64,000 nucleotides of DNA from Thermoplasmata archaeon (GTDB taxonomy: Archaea; Thermoplasmatota; Thermoplasmata; Thermoplasmatales; ARK-15): the NCBI GenBank assembly GCA_049967595.1, contig JBMFSK010000001.1, positions 543-64,542 of the forward strand. The letters run 5' to 3'. Within the stretch, counting starts at the first letter, position 1. Each line of letters opens with the position of its first letter. Shown piece by piece: positions 1 to 8,853 of this stretch. Position numbers and translations under genes: made by a program. The notes beneath the pieces are model-generated. The model had not been told where the DNA came from, did not search any database, and worked only from the letters and a program-made list of their open reading frames with translations.

Positions 1-24
1 CCGGTTCAAATCCGGCCCTCCGCA
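1..24 (+). tRNA. 3' terminal fragment of a tRNA cut by the window edge (T-arm, 3' acceptor strand, discriminator); isotype undetermined
   Basis: CCGG-TTCAAAT-CCGG T stem-loop followed by CCCTCCGC+A. The 3' acceptor strand and discriminator are identical to those of the tRNA-Leu at 26846-26930. Confidence 0.7.
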
Positions 25-30
25 TTTTTT
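25..30 (+). terminator. oligo-T tract directly after the tRNA 3' end (archaeal-type termination signal)
   Basis: TTTTTT immediately follows the discriminator base. Confidence 0.4.
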
Positions 31-37
31 AGATGAA

Positions 38-47
38 AAATTTATAA
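38..47 (+). promoter_or_regulatory. candidate TATA box for the PHP gene (near-leaderless transcript starting close to ATG 74)
   Basis: AAATTTATAA. Its centre lies about 27-30 nt upstream of the in-frame ATG at 74. It overlaps the ORF-track ATG at 47, which argues against 47 as the start. Confidence 0.35.
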
Positions 48-73
48 TGTTGAATTGCCTTTTAAAAACTATC

Positions 74-766
74 ATGAATGGTATGTTAATGGATTTCCAC
101 ATTCATTCGAAATTTTCTGATGGTTTATTTTCTATTGAAGATATAATAAATTATGCAAAAGAAAAAAATTTTCAGATTATCGGGATAACTGATCATTATG
201 AAACTATAAAAACAGTATCAATACCCAAAAATAATTTATTGAATTATATTAGTGTATTACATATTTATAAAAAAAATTTCAATCTAAAATCTTCCTTAGA
301 AATAGATTTTTCACCAAGAACAAGCCTTGACCACCTGCCATACGATGAGTTAAACAGCTTGGACTACCTTTTATTTGAATATGTACAGGATCCCCTATGG
401 AATGGTTACCCGTTTTGGAAGCTCATCGAAGAAATAGATAAAATTCACATACCCATAGGTTTGGCACATAATCATATTATGAAAAATTTTAAAGATGTAA
501 ATATAAATGAGTTTCTTGATGTGTTGGAAAGTCATAAAATATTTATTGAAATAAACACCAATAAAATATATTCTATTTTAGGTGAATACTTTTTCAACCT
601 ATCAGAAGAATTTTTTAAAATGCTAAAAAATAGGGATATTCCTGTGTCTGTAGGATCAGATATGCACACAAACCTTATGGATATGCTTAATGTAGATAAG
701 GGTTTCAAATTTATTGAAAATCTAGGTTTGGAAAGAAATTTTCAACTATTTTTGGACTTAATCTAA
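74..766 (+). CDS. PHP-domain metal-dependent phosphoesterase (histidinol-phosphatase-like family)
   Basis: 'DFHIHSKFSDG' near the N-terminus and 'GSDMH' near the C-terminus are PHP metal-ligand motifs. The longest ORF starts at 47; in-frame ATGs at 74, 83 and 89 are all possible starts. Confidence 0.75.
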   Translation: MNGMLMDFHIHSKFSDGLFSIEDIINYAKEKNFQIIGITDHYETIKTVSIPKNNLLNYISVLHIYKKNFNLKSSLEIDFSPRTSLDHLPYDELNSLDYLLFEYVQDPLWNGYPFWKLIEEIDKIHIPIGLAHNHIMKNFKDVNINEFLDVLESHKIFIEINTNKIYSILGEYFFNLSEEFFKMLKNRDIPVSVGSDMHTNLMDMLNVDKGFKFIENLGLERNFQLFLDLI

Positions 767-823
767 GGCTCTGATAAAAGAAATTTTTATATAATAATAA
801 GCAATGGCGAACTTTGAAAATAT

Positions 824-1078
824 ATGAAGACTTACCTTAAAGTAACATTTAATAGCGAAGGTGCAAAGCCATCAGAGGTTGTTTCGGCTCTTGAAGGTCT
901 GGGTTTCAAACCTATCACAGGATGGTATGACTTTGTTTACGATTGGGGTAACAATGCCACAGTGGATGATGCGATATGGTTTGCTGATAAAATTTATGAG
1001 ACTTTACATGGTCTTTCAGTATATTTCCAACTTGAAACAGTTGCCGAGGAAGAAGTAGAAAATTTAGAAGAGGAATGA
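824..1078 (+). CDS. small hypothetical protein (84 aa) with acidic tail
   Basis: Clean ORF with acidic C-terminus 'EEEVENLEEE'. TTTTTATATA (784-793) lies about 35 nt upstream. No family recognised. Confidence 0.5.
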   Translation: MKTYLKVTFNSEGAKPSEVVSALEGLGFKPITGWYDFVYDWGNNATVDDAIWFADKIYETLHGLSVYFQLETVAEEEVENLEEE

Positions 1079-1369
1079 TCATTTTATTTTAAATCTTTTT
1101 ACATTTCCGCATCTAAGGCATTTTATTATTACTCTGCCTTTTCTTACTCTAATGGATGCGTTTCTACCAGGTATTAGATATGATTTGCATTTTTTACAGA
1201 TGTATTCCTTATTAGGTAATTTAACTTTGTAATGCTTTGAAATATCCAGAGCCAAAGAAATATACCTCTTTTCGAGCTTAATATTATTTTCCATTTCCAT
1301 TTTCTTAGCATTGTCTATGAGCTCGTTCAGCCACTGCGATGCCCTGTTTTTAATATAACCCTTTGTCAA
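1079..1369 (-). CDS. rnp4: RNase P protein component 4 (Rpp21/Rpr2 family)
   Basis: Size about 96 aa, helical N-terminus, then zinc ribbon 'CKKCKSYLIPGRNASIRVRKGRVIIKCLRCGNVKRF' (CxxC...CxxC) typical of archaeal Rpp21. Confidence 0.8.
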   Translation of the reverse strand: MTKGYIKNRASQWLNELIDNAKKMEMENNIKLEKRYISLALDISKHYKVKLPNKEYICKKCKSYLIPGRNASIRVRKGRVIIKCLRCGNVKRFKIK

Positions 1370-1423
1370 TATTCTTTCACAAAAGGATGAATATTTTAAT
1401 ATTTATTATAGTTTACCAAAATC

Positions 1424-2098
1424 ATGGCATTTAAGGCAGTGGCAACGGATATAGACGGAACTATAACGGATGAGTCCAGGAAAATCACAGTTCCTATAAT
1501 ATACGCTTTAAGAAGGTTGGAGAGGAAGGGAATAAAGGTGATATTAATCAGCGGGAATGTTTTACCAGTTACAATGGGTTTTAAAATCTTCATTGGCACT
1601 TCAGGGCCGATAGTATCAGAAAATGGCGGTATAATAATGGACAGAAACACAATATATAAAAATTTTGATAAAAATGATATAGAATCCGCTTATTCAGAAT
1701 TTAAGATTGCTTATCCTGAAGCGGAAAGAATTATTACAGATAGATGGAGGGAGACATCAATTGCTCTGATACCTACAATGAACATAAATGATGTCAGAAA
1801 CTTTTTCATACCTAGAAATTTCAGGGTAGAGGCTACAGGATTTGGCATCCATGTCACACATATCGAGCAGAATAAATTCTTCGGACTGAAAAAAGCTGCT
1901 GATCTTCTTTCTATTGATGTAAATGAAATTATTGCTTTTGGAGATAGCGAAAATGACGCTGAGATGATTGAGAATGCGGGATACGGTATTGCTGTTAATA
2001 ATGCCTGGGAAATAGTTAAAAGGAAAGCAGATTACGTTACAAGATCAAAATATGGGAATGGTGTAATTGAGGGCTTGAAAAAATTAAATTTAATCTAA
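1424..2098 (+). CDS. HAD-IIB phosphatase, archaeal phosphoglycolate phosphatase type
   Basis: 'ATDIDGTITD' HAD motif I, 'SGNVLPV', 'GPIVSENGGII', 'TDRWRETS', 'FGDSENDAEM' motif IV. From memory it is collinear with the characterised Thermoplasma phosphoglycolate phosphatase. Confidence 0.8.
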   Translation: MAFKAVATDIDGTITDESRKITVPIIYALRRLERKGIKVILISGNVLPVTMGFKIFIGTSGPIVSENGGIIMDRNTIYKNFDKNDIESAYSEFKIAYPEAERIITDRWRETSIALIPTMNINDVRNFFIPRNFRVEATGFGIHVTHIEQNKFFGLKKAADLLSIDVNEIIAFGDSENDAEMIENAGYGIAVNNAWEIVKRKADYVTRSKYGNGVIEGLKKLNLI

Positions 2099-2815
2099 TC
2101 TGTATTTTTTGAACAAGGATAAGATTTTTTTAATGCTTTCTTCAACATCTGGCTTATCCATTACAACAGGATTCAGATTATATTTCTTCATTGATCTTGC
2201 TGTTTCACTGCCTATAGCTAGAACTATTTCAGGTAATATTTCTAAAGGTTTTCCATACAGAGAAAAAATGCTTATGTAAGAATTAAAGATCATAGAGGAT
2301 GTAAAAATTACAGCATCAAAATCACCATTTTTCAATGCCTGATATGTTTCGGTAAAATCTTCATTTAATAAAATACTTTTATATGCATTTATAACAAAAA
2401 GATTTCTTGATTTCTGTTTTAATTTATTAACTAAATAAGGATTTCCATTTTCACTTCTAACTAACAATACATTTGAATTGTTTTTTAGGATATTTATAAT
2501 GCCCTCGGATGATTGATTTGCAGGTACTCTGACTTTTAGTCCCAAGGATTCAGATGTTTTGGTTCCAATTGCTATTATTTGTTTTCCATTTAAAAAATTT
2601 TCATAATCTGGACATTGTTTCATGAATGATTCAACAGCAATTGAACTTGTAAATATTACATAATCAAATTTATAATTTTTTAAAATATTCGTTTCAATTT
2701 TGTTATACACTATTTTTGTCAATGGTACGTTTTTAATTGAAACCTGATCAATTTCTATGTCTTTGAATTTTTCTTCTGGCCTAAACATTATTATTCTAAT
2801 TACCAAGAAGTTCAA
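2090..2815 (-). CDS. hemD: uroporphyrinogen-III synthase
   Basis: Duplicated HEM4 pattern: 'DYVIFTSSIAVESF'...'AIGTKTSESL' and 'DAVIFTSSMIFNSY'...'AIGSETARSM'. Last gene of the hemL-hemC-cobA-hemD operon. The start could instead be the inner Met (2788). Confidence 0.75.
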   Translation of the reverse strand: MNFLVIRIIMFRPEEKFKDIEIDQVSIKNVPLTKIVYNKIETNILKNYKFDYVIFTSSIAVESFMKQCPDYENFLNGKQIIAIGTKTSESLGLKVRVPANQSSEGIINILKNNSNVLLVRSENGNPYLVNKLKQKSRNLFVINAYKSILLNEDFTETYQALKNGDFDAVIFTSSMIFNSYISIFSLYGKPLEILPEIVLAIGSETARSMKKYNLNPVVMDKPDVEESIKKILSLFKKYRLD

Positions 2816-3521
2816 CCACCTTTCCCATTACTATAACTACAGGTGCCTTGATCCTGTTTTTTCTTGCAATCTCTGCTATATCGATTAACTGTCCTTTTAC
2901 AATCTTTTCTTTCTTTGTTGTGCCATTTTGAATTATGCAGACTGGAGTCTCACCGCTTTTACCATTTTCAATTAACCTTTTTGCTATTTCTTCGAGTTTG
3001 CTAGCACCCATAAGGATTACAAGTGTCCCGTCCAATTTAGATATGATCTGCCAGTTTAATGCATGACCCTCTTTTAGATGACCAGGTATAATATGCAGTG
3101 ATGATGAATAATCTCTGTGCGTCAATGGAAGTTTTGCATAAGTTGGCACACCAACAGCTGATGTTATGCCCGGTATAACTTCAAAATCGATATTTTTCTT
3201 TTTCATATAATCAGCCTCCTCCCCACCCCTTCCAAAAAGGAATGGATCTCCACCTTTTAACCTAACTACATTTTTTCCTTCACTGTAATACTTTTCAATA
3301 AGTTCATTTATCCTTTTCTGCTGCAGATCAGAATCTTCACCTATTTTCTTTCCAACAGATATTTTTTTAATTTTCTTCGGAAGCTTTTTTATTATTGATT
3401 GATCAACAAGCCTGTCGTACAATATTACATCGCATTTCTTGACGACCTTCCATGCCTTTATCGTTAGAAGCTCCGGGTCACCAGGACCCGCCCCTACAAG
3501 ATATACTTTACCTACCATCAT
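2796..3521 (-). CDS. cobA: uroporphyrinogen-III C-methyltransferase (SUMT, makes precorrin-2)
   Basis: 'VYLVGAGPGDPELLT' and 'VVRLKGGDPFLFGRGGEE' are tetrapyrrole methylase signatures. Confidence 0.9.
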   Translation of the reverse strand: MMVGKVYLVGAGPGDPELLTIKAWKVVKKCDVILYDRLVDQSIIKKLPKKIKKISVGKKIGEDSDLQQKRINELIEKYYSEGKNVVRLKGGDPFLFGRGGEEADYMKKKNIDFEVIPGITSAVGVPTYAKLPLTHRDYSSSLHIIPGHLKEGHALNWQIISKLDGTLVILMGASKLEEIAKRLIENGKSGETPVCIIQNGTTKKEKIVKGQLIDIAEIARKNRIKAPVVIVMGKVVELLGN

Positions 3522-4389
3522 ACCACCTTCTGAATTTTATGATTGCGTCAGCTTTTTCATCAGCACTAAATAGGGACCAGTAATCTTTCCTTTCTTCTTC
3601 AACGATTGCCACATGCAAAAGAATTTTATTTGATTTTAACCTTGCGAGGACACCAACTGATGAATGACAACCTGCATCCATTTCATCAAGAATTTCCCTT
3701 TCAACCATACCTAAAAGGAAAGTCCTTTCATCGTTTATGTTAAAAATTTTATTATTTAAATAAAAATCTCTCCTTGAAACAATAGCAATTATACCCTGAT
3801 TTGCTTGAGGAACAAAAATATCAGGATCGAGTATGTGACCTGGTACTTCCAGACCAAGCCTTTTTATTCCTGCTAAGGCGAGTATGATTGCATCAATTTC
3901 TCCTTTTTTGAACTTTTTTATTCTTGTTTCCACATTACCCCTTATATCAACTATCTCGAGATCTGGCCTTAACATTTTAATGAATGCTCTTCTTCTGGGA
4001 CTTGATGTACCTATTTTTTTTCCTAAGGGCATTGATAACATGTTTTCATTGGATATGAAAAAATCTTCGTAGTATTCTCTTCTTAAAACAGCCGTGATTT
4101 TTAGATCTTCCTCAATTTTAGACGGAAGATCCTTCATGCTATGAACTGCAATATCTATATTTTCATTCAACAATTCTGCATTAATTTTTTTTGTGAATAA
4201 ACCAAACTCTTTGGATAATCTCAGGGGGGTTTGATCTAAATCACCGTGGCTTTCTATTTTAACTATTTCAGTTTCTATGCCGATTTCGTTTAACCTTTTG
4301 AACACTTCCATAGCCTGGATTAAAGCCAGTTTGCTTCCCCTTGTGCCTATTCTAATCTTTTTGAATTCCGTCATAAAAAATCCTTCCAA
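3508..4389 (-). CDS. hemC: porphobilinogen deaminase (hydroxymethylbilane synthase)
   Basis: 'IRIGTRGSKLALIQA', 'HSMKDLP', 'GTSSPRR', 'RGNVETR'. The start may be Met-6 (4374). Confidence 0.9.
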   Translation of the reverse strand: MEGFFMTEFKKIRIGTRGSKLALIQAMEVFKRLNEIGIETEIVKIESHGDLDQTPLRLSKEFGLFTKKINAELLNENIDIAVHSMKDLPSKIEEDLKITAVLRREYYEDFFISNENMLSMPLGKKIGTSSPRRRAFIKMLRPDLEIVDIRGNVETRIKKFKKGEIDAIILALAGIKRLGLEVPGHILDPDIFVPQANQGIIAIVSRRDFYLNNKIFNINDERTFLLGMVEREILDEMDAGCHSSVGVLARLKSNKILLHVAIVEEERKDYWSLFSADEKADAIIKFRRWYDGR

Positions 4390-5608
4390 ATCCCTCTATG
4401 TCTTTTACTGTGTGTTTAAAGCTCAGAAAGAGTGATTCAAACTGGCTTGGTGGTATGTAATATCCATTTTTTATGAATTTCCAAAAAAATTCTCTGAAAA
4501 TTTTCTTATCAGATTTCAGAGCATCGCTGTAATTTACTATTTTCTTTTTGTTGAAGAATATCTGGAACATGCTAACAATGGAATTGAATTGCAAGTCAAA
4601 TTTTTTATCGATTTTCGCATCTTCGATGTATCTTTCCAATATCGTTAATTTGTTTTTGAGATTAAAATAATCCATTCTCTTCAATTTTTTCAATGTTGCT
4701 ATGCCTGCAACCATAGATATGGGATTTCCTGAAAATGTCCCTGCTTGGTATACCTTGCCAGAAGGCGCAATATTTTTCATCATATCCATTTTACCACCAA
4801 ATACTGCCAGCGGAAAACCACCCCCCACAATTTTTCCAAGTATTGTAATGTCCGGTTCAATGCCGAAATATTGACCCGCGCTTCCATAATGGAAACGAAA
4901 TCCAGTAATGACTTCATCAAATATGAGGAGGGAATCATTTTCTGACGAGATTTCTCTTAAGAATTTCAAATACCCTTTATTGGGCAATATTACGCCTACA
5001 TTTCCAAGAACAGGTTCAATAATTATGGATGCAATCTCACCTTTATTTCGTTTAAATATTTTTTCAATATCATCCTTACTGTTATAATCCGCTACAAGCG
5101 TATTTATTGATATTTCGTCCGGAATTCCCGGAGTTGATGGAATTCCAATTGCCCCGCTTCCAGGTGAGACGAGAACAGAATCGTGTGACCCATGAAAACC
5201 GCCAAATACCTTTACAATCTTTTTCTTTTTTGTATATGCCCTTGAAAGTCTTATTGCATGCATCGTGGCCTCTGTTCCTGAGCTTACAAATCTCATCATC
5301 TCTATATAAGGTATAGAATCCCTTATCATTTTACCTAACGCTATTTCTTCCTCAGTAGGCGCCCCAAATATCCATCCTTTTTCTAGCTGTTTTCTTACTG
5401 CATTTTTCACATTTTGATCGGAATGCCCAAGTATTAGAGGCCCATAGGCAAGGCAAAAGTCAACATAAGATTTACCTTCAACGTCAAAAACTCTTGAGCC
5501 TTTACCTTCTTTGATAAATAAAGGATAGGGTTCGTAAAATCTTACAGGAGAATTGACACCGCCTGGAAATAATTTTCTGGAAACCTTGAAAAGTTCCTCT
5601 GATTTCAT
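4352..5608 (-). CDS. hemL: glutamate-1-semialdehyde 2,1-aminomutase
   Basis: 'LFPGGVNSPVR', 'SGTEATMHAIRL', 'DEVITGFR', PLP-lysine context 'ILGKIVGGG'. Confidence 0.9.
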   Translation of the reverse strand: MKSEELFKVSRKLFPGGVNSPVRFYEPYPLFIKEGKGSRVFDVEGKSYVDFCLAYGPLILGHSDQNVKNAVRKQLEKGWIFGAPTEEEIALGKMIRDSIPYIEMMRFVSSGTEATMHAIRLSRAYTKKKKIVKVFGGFHGSHDSVLVSPGSGAIGIPSTPGIPDEISINTLVADYNSKDDIEKIFKRNKGEIASIIIEPVLGNVGVILPNKGYLKFLREISSENDSLLIFDEVITGFRFHYGSAGQYFGIEPDITILGKIVGGGFPLAVFGGKMDMMKNIAPSGKVYQAGTFSGNPISMVAGIATLKKLKRMDYFNLKNKLTILERYIEDAKIDKKFDLQFNSIVSMFQIFFNKKKIVNYSDALKSDKKIFREFFWKFIKNGYYIPPSQFESLFLSFKHTVKDIEGFGRIFYDGIQKD

Positions 5609-5630
5609 ATTATTTGCATAAAAATAACAA

Positions 5631-5640
5631 CTATTTATTT
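5631..5640 (-). promoter_or_regulatory. candidate TATA box of the hemL operon (leaderless)
   Basis: The minus strand reads AAAATAAATA, centred about 28 nt upstream of the hemL ATG (5608). Confidence 0.35.
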
Positions 5641-5671
5641 TTTGACAATTAATTTAGATAATTTCAAAGTA

Positions 5672-5679
5672 TTTTTATA
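5672..5679 (+). promoter_or_regulatory. candidate TATA box of the ahb-hemAB operon (leaderless)
   Basis: TTTTTATA centred about 27 nt upstream of the in-frame ATG at 5703. The ORF-track start at 5685 is a TTG lying inside the expected promoter. Confidence 0.4.
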
Positions 5680-5702
5680 CATCTTTGCATCACGAATCAT
5701 AT

Positions 5703-6896
5703 ATGATAGCGTTCAATCAACTGCTTTTTAAATCTGGGACTGTAAGCAAAACAATTGACGAAGAAAGATTCAATTATGAAACAAACCCTGAGCTGCTGAG
5801 ATACACAAAAAAGGACTTGTCTGTTTTATTCTGGAATTTAACAATAAAATGCAACTTGAAATGCATACACTGTTATGCAAATGCCACTAAAAAAAGATCA
5901 CCAGATGAACTCACAACAGATAAAATTTTTCAGGTCACTGATGATCTATCTAAAATGGGTCTTCCTGTAGTTATACTCTCAGGAGGAGAACCAACACTCC
6001 ATCCTGACATATATAGAATTGCATCTTACATAAAAGAAAATGGCATAAGGGTAACTTTATCATCCAACGGAACAACGATAAATGAAAATGTGGCATCCAA
6101 GCTTGCTGAATCAGGCGTTAAGTATGTTGGTATTAGCTTGGATGGATACGGTCCAAATAATGATCATTTCAGGGGCGTTAAAGGTGCATTTGAAAAGGCT
6201 ATGGATGGTTTGAATTTTGTAAAGAATGCTGGCATGATGAATGGAATAAGATTCACAGTCACAAAATACAACAAGGATGATCTAGAAAAGGTTTTCAACA
6301 TTGCAGAAGAGATGAAAGTCGACAGATTCTGTCTTTACCATCTTGTCCCGGCTGGAAGAGGCTCTATTAACCAGGATATTAACAATGAAGAGAGAAGAGC
6401 TGTCATTAATTTATTGATAGAAAAAACTTATGACATACATGATAAAAAAATAGATATGGAAATCCTGAGTGTTGATAATCCCGTAGACGGTATCTATTTA
6501 TTTTTAAAATTACTTAGAAATAATGACCCTAGGGCCAAAGAGGTTTACCGCCTTTTAAAAAGGAGAGGTGGCGATAATTCAGGCATAAAAGCTGGTAATA
6601 TTGATCCATGGGGTAATGTCCACCCTAACCAATTCTGGTGGGATTACTCACTCGGAAATTTGAAAGATCTGAATTTTTCAGAAATTTGGAGAAAAGAGGA
6701 CGGAATCATTTACGATTTAAGACATAGAAAAACTGAACTTTTAAAAGGAAAGTGTGGAAGGTGCAACTTCAAGAATATATGTGGGGGTTTTAGGTTGAGA
6801 GCATTAAGATATAGTGGTGATCTCTGGGCTGAGGAACCTGATTGCTATCTTACTGAAGATGAAATCAAGACAGAGATACCGGAGGATTTCAAATGA
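5703..6896 (+). CDS. ahbC: NirJ-like radical SAM/SPASM enzyme of the alternative heme pathway (AhbC/AhbD type; AhbC is a tentative assignment)
   Basis: 'CNLKCIHCY' CxxxCxxC, 'ILSGGEPTL', C-terminal Cys cluster 'GKCGRCNFKNICGG...PDCYL'. Strong resemblance to NirJ-type proteins. The AhbC versus AhbD call rests only on length and NirJ-likeness. Confidence 0.75.
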   Translation: MIAFNQLLFKSGTVSKTIDEERFNYETNPELLRYTKKDLSVLFWNLTIKCNLKCIHCYANATKKRSPDELTTDKIFQVTDDLSKMGLPVVILSGGEPTLHPDIYRIASYIKENGIRVTLSSNGTTINENVASKLAESGVKYVGISLDGYGPNNDHFRGVKGAFEKAMDGLNFVKNAGMMNGIRFTVTKYNKDDLEKVFNIAEEMKVDRFCLYHLVPAGRGSINQDINNEERRAVINLLIEKTYDIHDKKIDMEILSVDNPVDGIYLFLKLLRNNDPRAKEVYRLLKRRGGDNSGIKAGNIDPWGNVHPNQFWWDYSLGNLKDLNFSEIWRKEDGIIYDLRHRKTELLKGKCGRCNFKNICGGFRLRALRYSGDLWAEEPDCYLTEDEIKTEIPEDFK

Positions 6897-7969
6897 ATTT
6901 TTCTGATAATCCTTTAATTATTTTTTATGAAGTTACAAGAGCTTGTATGCTATCTTGCCGTCATTGTAGAGCCAATGCTCAAAAGGCGAGAAACCCTTTG
7001 GAGCTGAACATAAATGAAATTGAAAAGCTAGCTAAAAATTTGTCTAAATTTGATAAACCCAAACCGATGATTATCATTACCGGCGGGGATCCACTGATGC
7101 GTGAAGATATTTTTCAGATACTAGAAATTTTTAACAGAGAAAATTTTAATGTGTCAATCTCTTTCAGCGGTACAAAGCTTGCTACCGATGAAAAACTTGA
7201 AATAATTTCAAAAATGGTCAGGAATGTTGCAATAAGCATCGATGGAAGCAATGAAAATATCCATGATAATTTCAGGAATGTGAAAGGGACATTCAAAACC
7301 TCAATAGACATACTGTACAAACTGCAAGGAAAGACAAGTTTGCAGGTTAACACTACAGTTGGCAAGCATAATATTATGGATCTGTCCAATATTTTAAAAT
7401 TAGTACAGTCATTTAATATTAAATCATGGGATCTGTTTTTCATTGTTCCCACCGGAAGAGCTACATCAGATCTTTCTTTGAATCCGAATGAAATATTGCA
7501 GGTAATGTCCTGGCTCTATTATGTCCAGACTTCAATGGATTTAAGGATAAAGGTAACAGAGGCCCCTTTCTACAACAGGGTCAAGATTGAAGGTCCACCT
7601 GAAGAAAAAGGTGATGTTTTCAATTATCTAATGAAAGAATCAACTGTAAAAATGGTGAAGAAACCTTTGCCTGTAACGAAGGATACCAGCAATATGGGTG
7701 TCACTGATGGTAGAGGAACTATTTTTATTTCCCATATAGGTGAAATACAACCCACGGGTTTCCTTCCAGTCATTGCAGGAAATGTAAGAAAGGACAATAT
7801 TGTTGATGTTTATTTAAACTCTAAAATATTTAGGGACATTAAAAATCCGTCACTTCTTAAGGGAAAGTGCAAAGATTGCAATTTTAAGGAAATATGCGGC
7901 GGTTCAAGAGCAAGGGCATATGCTATATATGGAGATTACATGCAAGAAGACCCAGCATGTCCATTTTGA
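6893..7969 (+). CDS. ahbD: second NirJ-like radical SAM/SPASM enzyme of the alternative heme pathway (AhbD, heme b synthase, is a tentative assignment)
   Basis: 'ACMLSCRHCRA' CxxxCxxC, 'ITGGDPLM', C-terminal 'GKCKDCNFKEICGG...PACPF'. ATGA overlap with the upstream gene. Confidence 0.75.
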   Translation: MNFSDNPLIIFYEVTRACMLSCRHCRANAQKARNPLELNINEIEKLAKNLSKFDKPKPMIIITGGDPLMREDIFQILEIFNRENFNVSISFSGTKLATDEKLEIISKMVRNVAISIDGSNENIHDNFRNVKGTFKTSIDILYKLQGKTSLQVNTTVGKHNIMDLSNILKLVQSFNIKSWDLFFIVPTGRATSDLSLNPNEILQVMSWLYYVQTSMDLRIKVTEAPFYNRVKIEGPPEEKGDVFNYLMKESTVKMVKKPLPVTKDTSNMGVTDGRGTIFISHIGEIQPTGFLPVIAGNVRKDNIVDVYLNSKIFRDIKNPSLLKGKCKDCNFKEICGGSRARAYAIYGDYMQEDPACPF

Positions 7970-7981
7970 TAGGTGAAAAAT

Positions 7982-8437
7982 ATGGATGATGTTGATATAA
8001 AAATCCTAAATTATGTGCAAAATAATTTCCCCGTAGATGAAAGACCTTACCTGAAAATTGCGGAAGATCTTTCTCTTGATGAGACTGAAGTGATTGAAAG
8101 AGTGAAAAAACTCCATGAATCAGGATACATTAAAAAAATCATACCAAAATTCTCAAAAAAGTTCTATGAAAATTATGAAAGGGCATTAGTTGCCCTTAAG
8201 GTAGATGATAAGGACATTGAAAAGGCAGCAATACTAATTAATTCAATTGATAATGTAACACACAACTATTTAAGGGATCATGATTACAATGTTTGGTTCA
8301 CTATTTCCGGAAAAGATATGGAATACATAAAAAATCAGATATCTGCTATTGTAGAAAAATTGCATATAAGTGATTACATGATCTTAAAATCCATAAAAAC
8401 AATTAAATTGGATACTGAATTCGAGGTAAAAATATGA
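7982..8437 (+). CDS. ahbA: siroheme decarboxylase subunit (AhbA/NirD-L-G-H family, Lrp/AsnC-like)
   Basis: 'DIKILNYVQNNFPVDERPYLKIAEDL' wHTH followed by an AsnC-type domain. AGGTGA lies 5 nt before ATG 7982; the ORF-track GTG at 7973 sits inside this SD. Confidence 0.75.
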   Translation: MDDVDIKILNYVQNNFPVDERPYLKIAEDLSLDETEVIERVKKLHESGYIKKIIPKFSKKFYENYERALVALKVDDKDIEKAAILINSIDNVTHNYLRDHDYNVWFTISGKDMEYIKNQISAIVEKLHISDYMILKSIKTIKLDTEFEVKI

Positions 8438-8853
8438 TTAAAATGTCAGATTTGAAAAATGGTATACCTATTAGTGATGACCCATACGGTGATCTTGCTA
8501 AGAGACTCTCTATACAAAAAGATGAACTTATTTATGAATTGAAAGAGCTTCTTATTAGTGGCCAGATTGTTAAATTCAAGGCATTGTTGGACCATGAAAA
8601 ATTAGGTTTTAAAGTAAACGCATTAATAGCTATGGATGGTAAAAATATAAACGCAGAAAGTATCCTTCATCTAGGCATTATTTCCCATTTTTACATAAGG
8701 GAACCAAACAAAAAATTTCCTTACAAGTATTATGTTATGGCACATTTTAGAAATGAAAATGAATTAATATGCTTCTCTGAGAATTTGGAAAAAATGCATA
8801 TAAAGCATGAGATATTAAGGACACTCAGAAATTTAAGATCTGATAAAAAATGA
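8434..8853 (+). CDS. ahbB: siroheme decarboxylase subunit, second paralogue
   Basis: 'GIPISDDPYGDLAKRLSI' with the same architecture as the preceding gene. ATGA overlap on both sides. Confidence 0.7.
   Translation: MIKMSDLKNGIPISDDPYGDLAKRLSIQKDELIYELKELLISGQIVKFKALLDHEKLGFKVNALIAMDGKNINAESILHLGIISHFYIREPNKKFPYKYYVMAHFRNENELICFSENLEKMHIKHEILRTLRNLRSDKK

Noticed and set aside
861-1058. Alternative-frame 65-aa ORF inside 824-1078
   Set aside because: It is on the same strand, nested and in a different frame. The 824 frame is longer, has a more protein-like composition and has a TATA-like box at an appropriate distance.
1-1100. Integrated element next to the tRNA at the window start
   Set aside because: There is no integrase, no direct repeat of the tRNA 3' end downstream, and the neighbouring genes (PHP phosphoesterase, Rpp21) are ordinary chromosomal genes.
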